From contig NC_022093.1 in assembly GCF_000446015.1 (NCBI RefSeq), positions 690,001 through 722,000 of the forward strand: a DNA stretch of 32,000 nucleotides, given 5' to 3'. The DNA comes from Thermofilum adornatum. Lineage in GTDB: Archaea; Thermoproteota; Thermoprotei; Thermofilales; Thermofilaceae. This document shows, one piece after another, positions 6,979-15,545 of this stretch (positions are counted from its first letter, which is position 1; each line of letters opens with the position of its first letter). The position numbers and the translations under genes were made by a program. The notes beneath the pieces were generated by a model. The model was not told where the DNA came from. It saw nothing but the letters and a program-made list of their open reading frames with translations, and searched no databases.

Positions 6979-7263
6979 ATGGCTAAGAGGAAGCTTACTT
7001 TGAGTGTTGAGGGTGACTTGCTAGATGAGGTTAAGGGGATTGTTGCCGTCAGGGGGAGGAGCTTGAGCAGTATCGTTGAGGAATATCTAGAATACCTGGT
7101 TTTCGAGAGGTGGGCTGAAGCTCTTAGCGAGGAGCTGGGTCTTGGCGATCTCGAGCCCACAACGGAATCAGAGATCTCGGGGGGCAGGCCTAGAGGGCTT
7201 GACGCGGCCGCTGTTGTTAGGGAATTGAGGGAGGGGAGGGTGAAGGATATTGCGGGGAGCTAA
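6979..7263 (+). CDS. vapB: RHH-type antitoxin (VapB-like)
   Basis: The track ORF 6763..7263 has an implausible hydrophobic, Cys-rich N-terminal extension. In-frame ATG 6979 gives 94 aa, MAKRKLTLSVEGDLLDEVKGIVAVRGRSLSSIVEEYLEYLV, which fits the RHH pattern. It overlaps the PIN gene. Confidence 0.75.
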   Translation: MAKRKLTLSVEGDLLDEVKGIVAVRGRSLSSIVEEYLEYLVFERWAEALSEELGLGDLEPTTESEISGGRPRGLDAAAVVRELREGRVKDIAGS

Positions 7264-7708
7264 AACTGAGAAGGTGTATTACTTGGACACAAGTGCACTG
7301 GTGAAGAGATATGTGGAGGAGCCGGGCAGCAAAATCATTGATGAGATCTATAGGGATGCGTACAAGGGTGTTGGAAAGCTGGCTTTTTCCTACTGGAACA
7401 TTGCTGAGGTTGCAGTTGTTTTGGACAAGTATGAGAGGAAGCTTGGGCTTGATGCCAGAAAGCTGCTGAGGAACCTGCTTAGTGAGTCTTCGACTCTCTC
7501 TAGGCTGCGCAGGCTTGTAGTTGTCAGTGTTAGTCCCTTAATCCTGCGGGCTTCCTTAAAGCTGGTGCTAAAGCATCACATATATGTTGCGGATGCCCTC
7601 CAGCTGGTATCAGCCAAAAGTATTGGTAACTGCACGTTTGTCACTGGTGACAGGGAGCTGGCAAGAGTGGCTGAAGCTGAGGGATTAAACACATTGTACA
7701 CAGGCTGA
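7250..7708 (+). CDS. vapC: PIN-domain ribonuclease toxin VapC
   Basis: 152 aa with YYLDTSALVKRY, IYVADALQLVSA and FVTGDRELARVA. The alternative start GTG 7274 would give MYYLDTS. Confidence 0.85.
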   Translation: MRGAKTEKVYYLDTSALVKRYVEEPGSKIIDEIYRDAYKGVGKLAFSYWNIAEVAVVLDKYERKLGLDARKLLRNLLSESSTLSRLRRLVVVSVSPLILRASLKLVLKHHIYVADALQLVSAKSIGNCTFVTGDRELARVAEAEGLNTLYTG

Positions 7709-7737
7709 GTGAAAATTGAGATCAAGCAATGTGAGAT

Positions 7738-7747
7738 AGCGCGCGCT
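7738..7747. repeat. AGCGCGCGCT palindrome, copy 2
   Basis: gtgagaTAGCGCGCGCTaagg, starting 30 nt after the vapC-2 stop. Confidence 0.7.
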
Positions 7748-8137
7748 AAGGACAGATGAGGATGGTAAAACTGAGTATGGGGTCCCGGTTCTCCTTTATT
7801 ATGAGGATGTGTGTATAGAGCCTTATGAATATTGAGCGTGTGGGTGGATGCGTGGTAGCCATTTGTTGGCGCGGGCTTGTGGTGATGTTGGTAGGGGTGG
7901 CCTGTTAAAGGCGTGCATGAGGGTCCGAAGGGGGTTGGAGGAGTTGTGTTTGCTCCCATGTTGCTGTTTAGGGTAAAGGGTTTTGGTTGGATATGTGGCT
8001 TGTCTGGGGTTTGTTGTAGGTCTGTTTGTTGCGGTAAGGATGGGGTCCAGGTTGATGGGTTCTTTGTGGCGCTGTTGCCTGTTTTCGGTTATGGGGCTGT
8101 GGCACGGTATGGGTTAAAATCTCTATGTGGGTGGTTG

Positions 8138-8689
8138 TTATATTTTTCCGAGTGCGTTTAGGAGTGCTAGAGTTAGTTGGACTATTAGTGTTGCTATGAT
8201 TGTTGCTGTGAGTGCCCATGTGACCTTTGTTGCGTGGTCTATTCGCTTGTCCAGCGCATCTATTCTTTTGTCTAGTGCGTCAATCCTTTTATCTAGACCG
8301 TCGATCCTCCTGTCCAGCGAGTCTATTCTCTTGTCTAGGTCGCCTATTCTCTCTACGAGCTGTGTGAATGCGCCCTCGAGCCTCGAGACCCTCTCTGAGA
8401 GGCCTGTGACCCTGTCTTCTAGCACTGATATCCTGGCTAGGACCTCGCTCCTCAAGGCCTCGATGCTTTCCCTAGTCTCCTTTCTCAGGGCTTCGATATC
8501 TTGCCTTGTCGCCCTTTCTAGGGCCTCTATGTCGCTCTTCGTGGCCACGTCCCTCAGGACGGCGTTTATCATTGCCAGCCTGACGTCGGGCTCGCCTACG
8601 AGGAGCTCTGCCAGCCTCTTCCTAGCCCTAGCATCGGCCTCAAAAAGCCTGACAACATCCTCGGCAGTAATCGACTGCATCCCCTTCAC
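8138..8689 (-). CDS. Coiled-coil protein with heptad tandem repeats and a C-terminal membrane anchor
   Basis: 183 aa. The long helical region carries DIEALER / DIEALRK / SIEALRS, then five LD(K/R)RID heptads, and ends in the hydrophobic tail VTWALTATIIATLIVQLTLALLNALGKI. Confidence 0.7.
   Translation of the reverse strand: MKGMQSITAEDVVRLFEADARARKRLAELLVGEPDVRLAMINAVLRDVATKSDIEALERATRQDIEALRKETRESIEALRSEVLARISVLEDRVTGLSERVSRLEGAFTQLVERIGDLDKRIDSLDRRIDGLDKRIDALDKRIDALDKRIDHATKVTWALTATIIATLIVQLTLALLNALGKI
8237..8341. repeat. 5 x 21-bp imperfect tandem repeat (coding)
   Basis: Units at 8237, 8258, 8279, 8300 and 8321. Each encodes xLD(K/R)RID on the - strand (ALDKRID, ALDKRID, GLDKRID, SLDRRID, DLDKRID). 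Confidence 0.85.
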
Positions 8690-9040
8690 CTTATAGAGCC
8701 TCTTAAGTATCTTATATAGTTTTCAGTTTCCGGAGTGTGCTCCCTGGCCAAACGCTATAAAGATAAACGTTTTCTATATGTATCCTCCAGATTTTTGGAT
8801 GGGTATCGGGGTAGCCCATGCTCTGGCGTCGCTGTGTATCCAAGCATGAGCACATAAGTGATGGAGGGGCGCGCGTTTTCTGTTAAGAGTGATATTGGTG
8901 TGCTGGAGGTGTATGTAATCTGGGTAGTCAATATTGTGTGATTTGGCTGTTTTTCGTTTTTGGTTGCTTCTTGAGTGGGTGTGTTAAATTAAGAGTTGGG
9001 GTTATATTACCCCGTAGTTGTATTATTGTTAGAGTTGTTG

Positions 9041-9433
9041 ATGGCGCCTAAGATCAAAATTGAGGATACGACGGGGTCTGGGGAGAAGATCACGTTGACT
9101 ATTGAGGGGGCGGAGATTAGCGAGAAAAGGGTGGTGCAGGTTTTGCAGATGCTTCGACTTCTCAAGTCTTCTGGCGGGGGCGTGGTTGAGGAGGGGGAGA
9201 GTATGAAGGAGAGGATTTGGAGGGTTATTGTGGAGAATTTTGGTGATGGGACGTGGTTTAGTATTCGGGACCTGTATAATGTTGCTTCCCGGGAGATGCC
9301 GGACCTGAAGGTTACGGCTGTGTCTACGTATGTTTCCCGCCTTGTCGGCGAGGGGAGGCTTGTTAAGAGGGGGTCGAAGCCGAACACGCGTTACAGGGTC
9401 CAGTCGGTTAGGCGGGAGGCGGCTTATCCATAG
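9041..9433 (+). CDS. Hypothetical protein with C-terminal winged-helix-like region
   Basis: The track ORF starts at 8996, but ATG 9041 (MAPKIKIEDTT...) follows a TATA-like ttatatta at 9003-9010. The C-terminus is SIRDLYNVA...VSTYVSRLVGEGRLVKRGSKPNTRYRV. Confidence 0.55.
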   Translation: MAPKIKIEDTTGSGEKITLTIEGAEISEKRVVQVLQMLRLLKSSGGGVVEEGESMKERIWRVIVENFGDGTWFSIRDLYNVASREMPDLKVTAVSTYVSRLVGEGRLVKRGSKPNTRYRVQSVRREAAYP

Positions 9434-9603
9434 GAGTGGTCCCGGTTTAGCGTTGTATAGGGTTCCCGTTGCGCCTTATGAGGGGGTCTTGTTGCCTTTT
9501 GGTGGCAGTTTTATGGTTATATAGTTGCATGCTTTGGATATAGAGCTTGGGGTCAGAGCGATAACTGTATATATTGTCTTTTTCGAATAATATGTAGGTA
9601 GAG

Positions 9604-10947
9604 ATGAAGAGCTTGGCGAAGCCACTTGTAGCCTTTGTCCTATTATTTTTGTCTTTGTCTCTTGTATCAAGCGTTCTCTTCAGTGCAAGTGGTAATGGTA
9701 GTTGTGGTGCGTCTAATGCACTTGAGAGGACGGGTCCTCTTAGTGTCGACTTGAGGGTTGCTGTTATTAGTAGTGATTCTGGCTTTGTGGAGGGTGTTAG
9801 GTCTGCTTTTGTGGCGAGGGACTTTAGGGTTGTTCCTGTGTCCCGTGCCTGGGAGGCTGTTGGAAAAGACCTAGTAGTTGTCGGCTGGGACGCGTTGGGC
9901 GAGCTGTCAAGATACCCGGGGCTCGTCATAGCACTGGTCAATGGCTCGAGGCTTCTGGCTGTAGCCGAGCCGGGCGTTGATGCCCTCAGGGTGCTCTTCT
10001 CTGGCATCGTCAAGCCAGTAAGGCTCGGCGAAAAGGATGAGCCAAGCGACCCCTTCGCTTTCGTACCAATGGTCGAGGAAAACGGCTACCTATACCCAGG
10101 CTGCGGCCAGAACATGGTTCTCGTGAGGGCTTTACCCATAGGGGGAGGAAAGCTGGCCGTTGAGTATTCTGCGGCGCCGCTAAGGACGAAAAGCGAGCTT
10201 GCAGGGGTAGCGTCGCTACTGGTTAAAGAGTCGTTTGTGGAGCAGCGGTCGCAACAGACAAGGCTGGAAAGTGGGGCGGGCACGTCCGGGTTCTTGTTCG
10301 ATAAGTCGCCGGCATGGGTATACATAGGAAAGTACACTAGTCCGGTGTTTGTTTTTTCTGGTGTTTTTGGAGATGCCGGAGCAACGGACTTTGAAGTTCT
10401 GGCTGGCTGGGGACAGTTTTTGACTGACAATAGTCGTGGGACGTATACGTGGGAGATCGATGTACATTATCACGGGATGGAAGGCCTAAATGGTTATAGC
10501 CCGCCTGTAAAGAATCTGCTTGGTCTCTGGGCTGTTGAGCCGAATAGTGTTGTAGTGGATGCGCTTACAGATAGGTATGGTGACCAGAGGATTAAGGATT
10601 GGGAACCTTTAGGGTCGCCCGGTAACCGCTTCGTGTTGACTATAGGGGGTTACCCAAGGGTGACCTGGGATACGGTTACCGATTTTTGTTATAGTCCCTT
10701 TTACGGCGAGAATGTTGTAAAGGGGGCTACGTGGAAGTGGGGCTTAACGGGCTATAGCTCCAAACTTTATTATGCAATGAAGAGCCAAGTGTGGATGAAC
10801 GCCGTTGGGGTCCTATACTTCAAGGTAACTATCAAGGCGAATACCTTCTTTTATGCGAACGGGCTCAGGGACGTTGCGTCTTCTGGGTGGCATGAATTCT
10901 ACTTCCGGGCGACAACGTCTCGGCTATACTTGCTGTCGACATCATAA
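9604..10947 (+). CDS. Secreted/extracellular hypothetical protein
   Basis: 447 aa. The N-terminal signal-like segment is MKSLAKPLVAFVLLFLSLSLVSSVLFSASG, and the Trp/Tyr/Gly-rich C-terminal half suggests a beta-rich fold. No family recognised. Confidence 0.65.
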   Translation: MKSLAKPLVAFVLLFLSLSLVSSVLFSASGNGSCGASNALERTGPLSVDLRVAVISSDSGFVEGVRSAFVARDFRVVPVSRAWEAVGKDLVVVGWDALGELSRYPGLVIALVNGSRLLAVAEPGVDALRVLFSGIVKPVRLGEKDEPSDPFAFVPMVEENGYLYPGCGQNMVLVRALPIGGGKLAVEYSAAPLRTKSELAGVASLLVKESFVEQRSQQTRLESGAGTSGFLFDKSPAWVYIGKYTSPVFVFSGVFGDAGATDFEVLAGWGQFLTDNSRGTYTWEIDVHYHGMEGLNGYSPPVKNLLGLWAVEPNSVVVDALTDRYGDQRIKDWEPLGSPGNRFVLTIGGYPRVTWDTVTDFCYSPFYGENVVKGATWKWGLTGYSSKLYYAMKSQVWMNAVGVLYFKVTIKANTFFYANGLRDVASSGWHEFYFRATTSRLYLLSTS

Positions 10948-11117
10948 ATATATATTCGGCTAATAGCAAACGGAAGCTTTTTCTTAGAACCTTTCAATGC
11001 CATGCGAGAGAAGTTTATACACGAGGAGGGTTTGCATGTGGTATATTTCGCATCTATGAGCCATGTCTAATATCGTAACACTTAAATATTTTATTGTATT
11101 AATTGCGTTTGGTAACA

Positions 11118-11795
11118 ATGGTTTCAGAGAGCCTCCTGGAGCAGGCGAGGAATCTTCATGGACATGTATGCCCCTACCTTGTTTTGGGCTTGAGGGCTTC
11201 TGAGATAGCTTTTGAGAGGCTGGGAATCACGCGTGTGGGGGTGGCCGAGACTATGAGAGAGGATGTTGTTGCGATAGTTGAGGCTAACAACTGCTTCGCA
11301 GACGGTGTCCAGGTGTTTACTCGTTGCACGTTTGGCAACAATTCCCTTGTTTATCTGGATACAGGAAAGACTGCTTTGACTGTGTTTAGGAGAGGCGAGA
11401 AAAGAGGGGTGAGGGTCTATGTTCTGTCTGAGAGGGTTAGAGAGCTCCTCCAGCCGGAGGTGGGTGAGCTTTGGCGTAGGGTTGTTGCTGAGAGGAGGGG
11501 GTCTAGGGAGGATGCTGAGAGGTTGCACGAAGCGTTCGAGAAGCTTGGACGTGGGATGCTTAACCTGTCGGAGGACTTCTTTAAGATCAGCGAGGTGGAG
11601 GTTGTAGAGGAGCTTGAGAGGGCGCCGATCTTTGAGAGTGTTAGGTGTGAGTCCTGTGGGGAGCTGGTGATGAAGCCTAGGGCTGTCCTTAAGGACGGGA
11701 AGTGGTTCTGCGCGTCGTGCGCGGGTGTGCCTGTACAGGCCGTGGTTGGCAGGGGTATTTCCACCGTGAAGGTTCCCTTTAGGGAGGTGAGCTAG
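11118..11795 (+). CDS. FmdE-domain protein with C-terminal zinc-ribbon
   Basis: NLHGHVCPYLVLGLRA is the FmdE-family hallmark. The C-terminus has CESCGE...CASC. The start is taken at ATG 11118 rather than the track's TTG 11103. Confidence 0.8.
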   Translation: MVSESLLEQARNLHGHVCPYLVLGLRASEIAFERLGITRVGVAETMREDVVAIVEANNCFADGVQVFTRCTFGNNSLVYLDTGKTALTVFRRGEKRGVRVYVLSERVRELLQPEVGELWRRVVAERRGSREDAERLHEAFEKLGRGMLNLSEDFFKISEVEVVEELERAPIFESVRCESCGELVMKPRAVLKDGKWFCASCAGVPVQAVVGRGISTVKVPFREVS

Positions 11796-11796
11796 G

Positions 11797-12939
11797 GTGG
11801 AGAGGAGGACCATTGCATTGGTCATTGTTCTCGTTGTAACGGTAGTGTTGCTAGGTGTTGTTGCAGTAATGGTCTTCCGGGCTCCTGGGTCGCAGGAGAC
11901 GAAGCCTCAAGCGCCCCGTGTCATAACTGTGGTTGACTTTTCTAATAGGACGGTAGAGGTGCCCGTTAATGCTTCTAGGGTCGTCGCCATTGGTCCAGGG
12001 GTGTTGCGGCTAGTTGCCTACCTTGGAGCGCTCGACAAGATTGTTGGTGTTGAGGATGCCGAGAAGAGCTGGTCGCCGCTAGGTAGGGATTACGCGATGG
12101 CGTATGGTGATGTATTTAAGAACCTGCAGGTGATAGGTCCAGGCGGGCCTAGGAATCCTCCTAACCCAGAGTTGCTTAGGAGCGTGAAGCCGGATATTGT
12201 GCTGATGTCTCGGGTGTACGTAGACGTCTACGACCCTGACAGGCTGTCGCAGGAGGTTGGAGCCCCAGTCGTGGTGATCGACTACGGCGTGGCTGGTTAC
12301 CTGAATGTCACGGAGTTTAAGCGCGCGATAACTCTGCTCGGGAGGATTCTGGGTAGGGAGGCTAGAGCGCAAGAGTTGGCCAAATACATTGACGGTGTCG
12401 TCGACGATCTTGCTCAGAGGGTCAGAGTTGCTAAGGTAGCCCCCTCGGTGTATGTTGGGGCAGTGTCGTACAAAGGTGCTCAGCCGTTTACAGGCACGCA
12501 GGGCATGTTTCCGCCTCTACAGCTCTTGAAGACGAGGAGCATAGTCGACGAGCTGGGCAAGAAGGGCTTCGTGAACGTAGACTTTGAATACATACTGAAG
12601 AAGAATCCAGAATATATCTTTATAGACCTTAATAATCTGCAGACGGTTCTGGATGACTATAAAAAGGATTCAGCGAAGTACTGTGCTCTAGGGGCGTTCA
12701 AGGAGGGCAGGGTATATGCATTGCTACCCTTCAACTATTACCACACGAACGTGGCTACAGCCCTCGTGGACGCCTACTTCATGGGGAAGGTGCTCTACCC
12801 AGAGCAGTTCAAGGACGTAGACCCAGCCAAGAAGGCGGACGAGATCTACAGGGTGTTTCTGGGGAAGCCGCTCTACGAGGAGTTCGTGAGGGGCTTCGGC
12901 AGAGGCTTTGGACCCCTAAGCGACCTCTTCAAGTGCTAG
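11797..12939 (+). CDS. ABC uptake substrate-binding protein (BtuF/FepB-type, class 8 PBP)
   Basis: 380 aa with an N-terminal membrane anchor. VVDFSNRTVEVPVNASRVVAIGPGVLRLVAYLGALDKIVGV is typical of the iron-chelate/cobalamin binding-protein family. The GTG start lies 1 nt after the FmdE stop. Confidence 0.85.
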   Translation: MERRTIALVIVLVVTVVLLGVVAVMVFRAPGSQETKPQAPRVITVVDFSNRTVEVPVNASRVVAIGPGVLRLVAYLGALDKIVGVEDAEKSWSPLGRDYAMAYGDVFKNLQVIGPGGPRNPPNPELLRSVKPDIVLMSRVYVDVYDPDRLSQEVGAPVVVIDYGVAGYLNVTEFKRAITLLGRILGREARAQELAKYIDGVVDDLAQRVRVAKVAPSVYVGAVSYKGAQPFTGTQGMFPPLQLLKTRSIVDELGKKGFVNVDFEYILKKNPEYIFIDLNNLQTVLDDYKKDSAKYCALGAFKEGRVYALLPFNYYHTNVATALVDAYFMGKVLYPEQFKDVDPAKKADEIYRVFLGKPLYEEFVRGFGRGFGPLSDLFKC

Positions 12940-12949
12940 GGGCTAGTGG

Positions 12950-13996
12950 ATGGAGCGTGGCGTCTACATTATATTTGAGAGGAAGGTTTTCCTCATAGTT
13001 GTCCTCGCTTTACTGGCTGTTGTATCTGTCCCTGTCACTGTCGCGTTTGGAACTGTGTATAAGCCATGGGAGGTGTTGGCCGGCGTCCTTCTGGGGTCTA
13101 GCGACGTTTTCCAGGCACTAGTTTTAAGGTTTAGGAGGGCCCTGGTTGCGTTACTCGTCGGCGCTCTCCTGGGTGGTGCCGGGGTGCTTACGCAGGCGTC
13201 TTTCAGGAATCAGCTTGCGTCGCCTTTCACGCTTGGTATTTCAAGTGCGTCTGCGCTCGGCGTTGCCGTTGCATTGGTGCTGGGGGTTGGCGGTAGGGGA
13301 AGTAGCTGGTTTGTGTCCTTTTCCTCTCCGTTCGTTCTTGCATTGTTTGCGTTTGCTTTTTCTATTGTTCAGACTCTGCTTGTGCTTCTCCTAGCTTGGA
13401 GGGCGGGGCTAGATCCACGGGCACTCGTCTTGGCGTCTATTTCTCTGAACTTCATGTATCAGGCTGTCTTGTACCTAGTGCAGTACCTCGTGCTTAACGA
13501 GGTTCAGCTTGCCACGGTTGTCTTCTGGACTTTTGGGGATCTTGGGAGAGCAGGCTGGCAGGAGCTGGGCGTCCTTCTTTTTGGAACCCCTGTCTTCGCC
13601 CTGGCTTACCTGGTTCTGCACAGGGATTTGGACTTGCTTGTCTTGGGCGACGACGTAGCCGAGACGTCTGGCATAAATCCGAGGCGGGCTAGGCTTATCG
13701 CCGTGATGGTGGCCGCTCTGGGCGCCGCGCTGGCAACTAGCTTTGTGGGGATACTGGCCTTTCTGTGCCTGCTGTCTCCACATGTTGCAAGGCTTTTGAT
13801 TGGTGGTAGGCATAAGTACCTGGTTTCTGGGTCCATGCTTATAGGCGCCTTGATCCTTGTGTGGGCTGACGCCGTGTCGCGGACTGTTTTGTCGCCCGTC
13901 GTTTTGCCCGTGGGGATAACCTTGTCGTTGACGGGTGCACCTTTACTGATATATCTATTGACTAGGGGTGGCGGGGTTGGCGGCTATAAGGGTTAG
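12950..13996 (+). CDS. FecCD/BtuC-family ABC permease
   Basis: 348 aa and polytopic, with FTLGISSASALGVAVAL and ILAFLCLLSPHVARLLIG motifs characteristic of FecCD transport proteins. Confidence 0.9.
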   Translation: MERGVYIIFERKVFLIVVLALLAVVSVPVTVAFGTVYKPWEVLAGVLLGSSDVFQALVLRFRRALVALLVGALLGGAGVLTQASFRNQLASPFTLGISSASALGVAVALVLGVGGRGSSWFVSFSSPFVLALFAFAFSIVQTLLVLLLAWRAGLDPRALVLASISLNFMYQAVLYLVQYLVLNEVQLATVVFWTFGDLGRAGWQELGVLLFGTPVFALAYLVLHRDLDLLVLGDDVAETSGINPRRARLIAVMVAALGAALATSFVGILAFLCLLSPHVARLLIGGRHKYLVSGSMLIGALILVWADAVSRTVLSPVVLPVGITLSLTGAPLLIYLLTRGGGVGGYKG

Positions 13997-14738
13997 AGGG
14001 GTCTCGGTTTACTTTGGAGGGTTCCAGACGCTTAGGAGTGTGGAGCTTGAGGTTGGAGAGGGGGAGTTTCTCGCCGTTATAGGGCCTAACGGGAGTGGGA
14101 AGACTACTCTGCTTAGGACAATCGTCGGCGTGCTTAGGCCCAGGGTGGGGGCTGTATACATTGATGGGAAGGAGTTGCAGGAGTACAGCAGGCTGGAGCT
14201 GGCAAGAAGGCTGGGATATGTTCCTCAAGGTTTAGAGCGACAGAAGTTTCTCACGGTTCTCGAGTTCGTGTTGACTGGGAGGAGGCCGTATATTTCCTTC
14301 GACTATGCGCGGGTCGACTACGAGAAAGCTATGGAGGCCCTCCGCAGGGTAAATGCCGAGCACTTGGCGGCGAGGACGCTAGATACACTTAGCGGTGGAG
14401 AGTTTCAGAGGGTGGTGATTGCGAGGGCTCTTGCAGGCGAGCCCGAGGTACTCGTACTGGACGAGCCTACGAGCAACTTGGATCCGAGGTTCCAGTTGGA
14501 GATAATGGATATGCTTAGGGGGCTCACGGGGGACAGAATAACTGTTGTTTCCAGCATGCATGACCTTACCCAGGCCTATAGGTACGCGGACAAGGTCGTG
14601 GCGCTTAAGGGTGGACAGATCTATGCTATGGGCAGGCCGGAGGAGGTTCTCACGGAGGACAACCTGCAAAGGATCTACGGGGTGAAGGTTAAAGTTTTTC
14701 CAGAGCACAGGGCCATTATTCTAGACAATTCTCTATAG
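13968..14738 (+). CDS. ABC ATP-binding protein (FepC/BtuD-type)
   Basis: Walker A GPNGSGKTT, signature LSGGEFQRV, Walker B VLVLDEPTSNLD and H-loop SSMHDL. Confidence 0.9.
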   Translation: MAGLAAIRVRGVSVYFGGFQTLRSVELEVGEGEFLAVIGPNGSGKTTLLRTIVGVLRPRVGAVYIDGKELQEYSRLELARRLGYVPQGLERQKFLTVLEFVLTGRRPYISFDYARVDYEKAMEALRRVNAEHLAARTLDTLSGGEFQRVVIARALAGEPEVLVLDEPTSNLDPRFQLEIMDMLRGLTGDRITVVSSMHDLTQAYRYADKVVALKGGQIYAMGRPEEVLTEDNLQRIYGVKVKVFPEHRAIILDNSL

Positions 14739-14846
14739 CATTTTCTGTTTTAAACAAGGATTTACGCATGGATTTATATGTGTTTCAGGGTAGAGTGCAT
14801 GCCCTATGTATCATCTTCCCTTAAGAAAATGATTTAGCGATATATA

Positions 14847-14856
14847 TAGCGCGCTA
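14847..14856. repeat. Short palindrome TAGCGCGCTA
   Basis: gatatataTAGCGCGCTAactagcc, in the spacer before 14892. Confidence 0.5.
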
Positions 14857-14891
14857 ACTAGCCGAACTATAGGAAGTGAGGGGGTATATCG

Positions 14892-15545
14892 ATGAGAAAA
14901 GGGGGTCTATTAAATTACATTTCTTTGTTGATGAGTTTCCTTGGCGTTCTTCTGGGCTTTTTGCCAACGATAATTTACTATGTTGCGTATTATCCGGGGC
15001 TTAAAAGTCTACACGATTCTGATGTTTACCATGGGGATTGCTTAGAGTTTTTCTGGGATGTTGTGGGCGTTAAGGGGCTGGGATCCAAGCTTCTCCCCAA
15101 TCTTTCTTCGGGACAGAAGCAACTGGTCCAGTTGATGCAGGGGCTTTGTAGGGTGTCGAAGATAAAGGTTTTGGATGAGGCCTTTTCTCATCTTGACCCG
15201 GTAAATGTCGACGCTGTGGGTAGCTATATTGCGAGGGAGCTTAAGGCGGACGTTGTCTTGTCTATCCATGTCCCAGAGGAGGCAGAGTGGCTGGGAGAGT
15301 ACTTTATTGTTTTGAGGGATGGGCGTGTCGCGTGGCGTGGGACGCTTGAAGACCTTGCGAGGGAGAATATCTACGAGGTTTATGTGAGGGGGCATGTCCC
15401 GGAGGGACTCGAGGTTGTTGCCTCTCTGGGCTATGTGGCTCTTGTTAGGGCGTCTGAGGATGTGCTTTTTGAGCTTAACAGCCGGGGCGTGATTAGGGGG
15501 TTTAGGAGGGCTGGGGTGAGGGTTTACTATGCTGGGAGGGCTTAG
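14892..15545 (+). CDS. ABC ATPase-like protein lacking the Walker A half (truncated or degenerate)
   Basis: 217 aa that keeps signature LSSGQKQLV, Walker B KVLDEAFSHLD and H-loop SIHVPEE. The first 45 aa or so are hydrophobic (LLNYISLLMSFLGVLLGFLPTIIYYVAYY), and no GxxGxGK(S/T) occurs anywhere. Confidence 0.6.
   Translation: MRKGGLLNYISLLMSFLGVLLGFLPTIIYYVAYYPGLKSLHDSDVYHGDCLEFFWDVVGVKGLGSKLLPNLSSGQKQLVQLMQGLCRVSKIKVLDEAFSHLDPVNVDAVGSYIARELKADVVLSIHVPEEAEWLGEYFIVLRDGRVAWRGTLEDLARENIYEVYVRGHVPEGLEVVASLGYVALVRASEDVLFELNSRGVIRGFRRAGVRVYYAGRA

Noticed and set aside
7880-7935. G-run cluster considered as a G-quadruplex motif.
   Set aside because: The loops between G-runs exceed the usual 1-7 nt, and the runs are explained by the general G/T richness of this strand.
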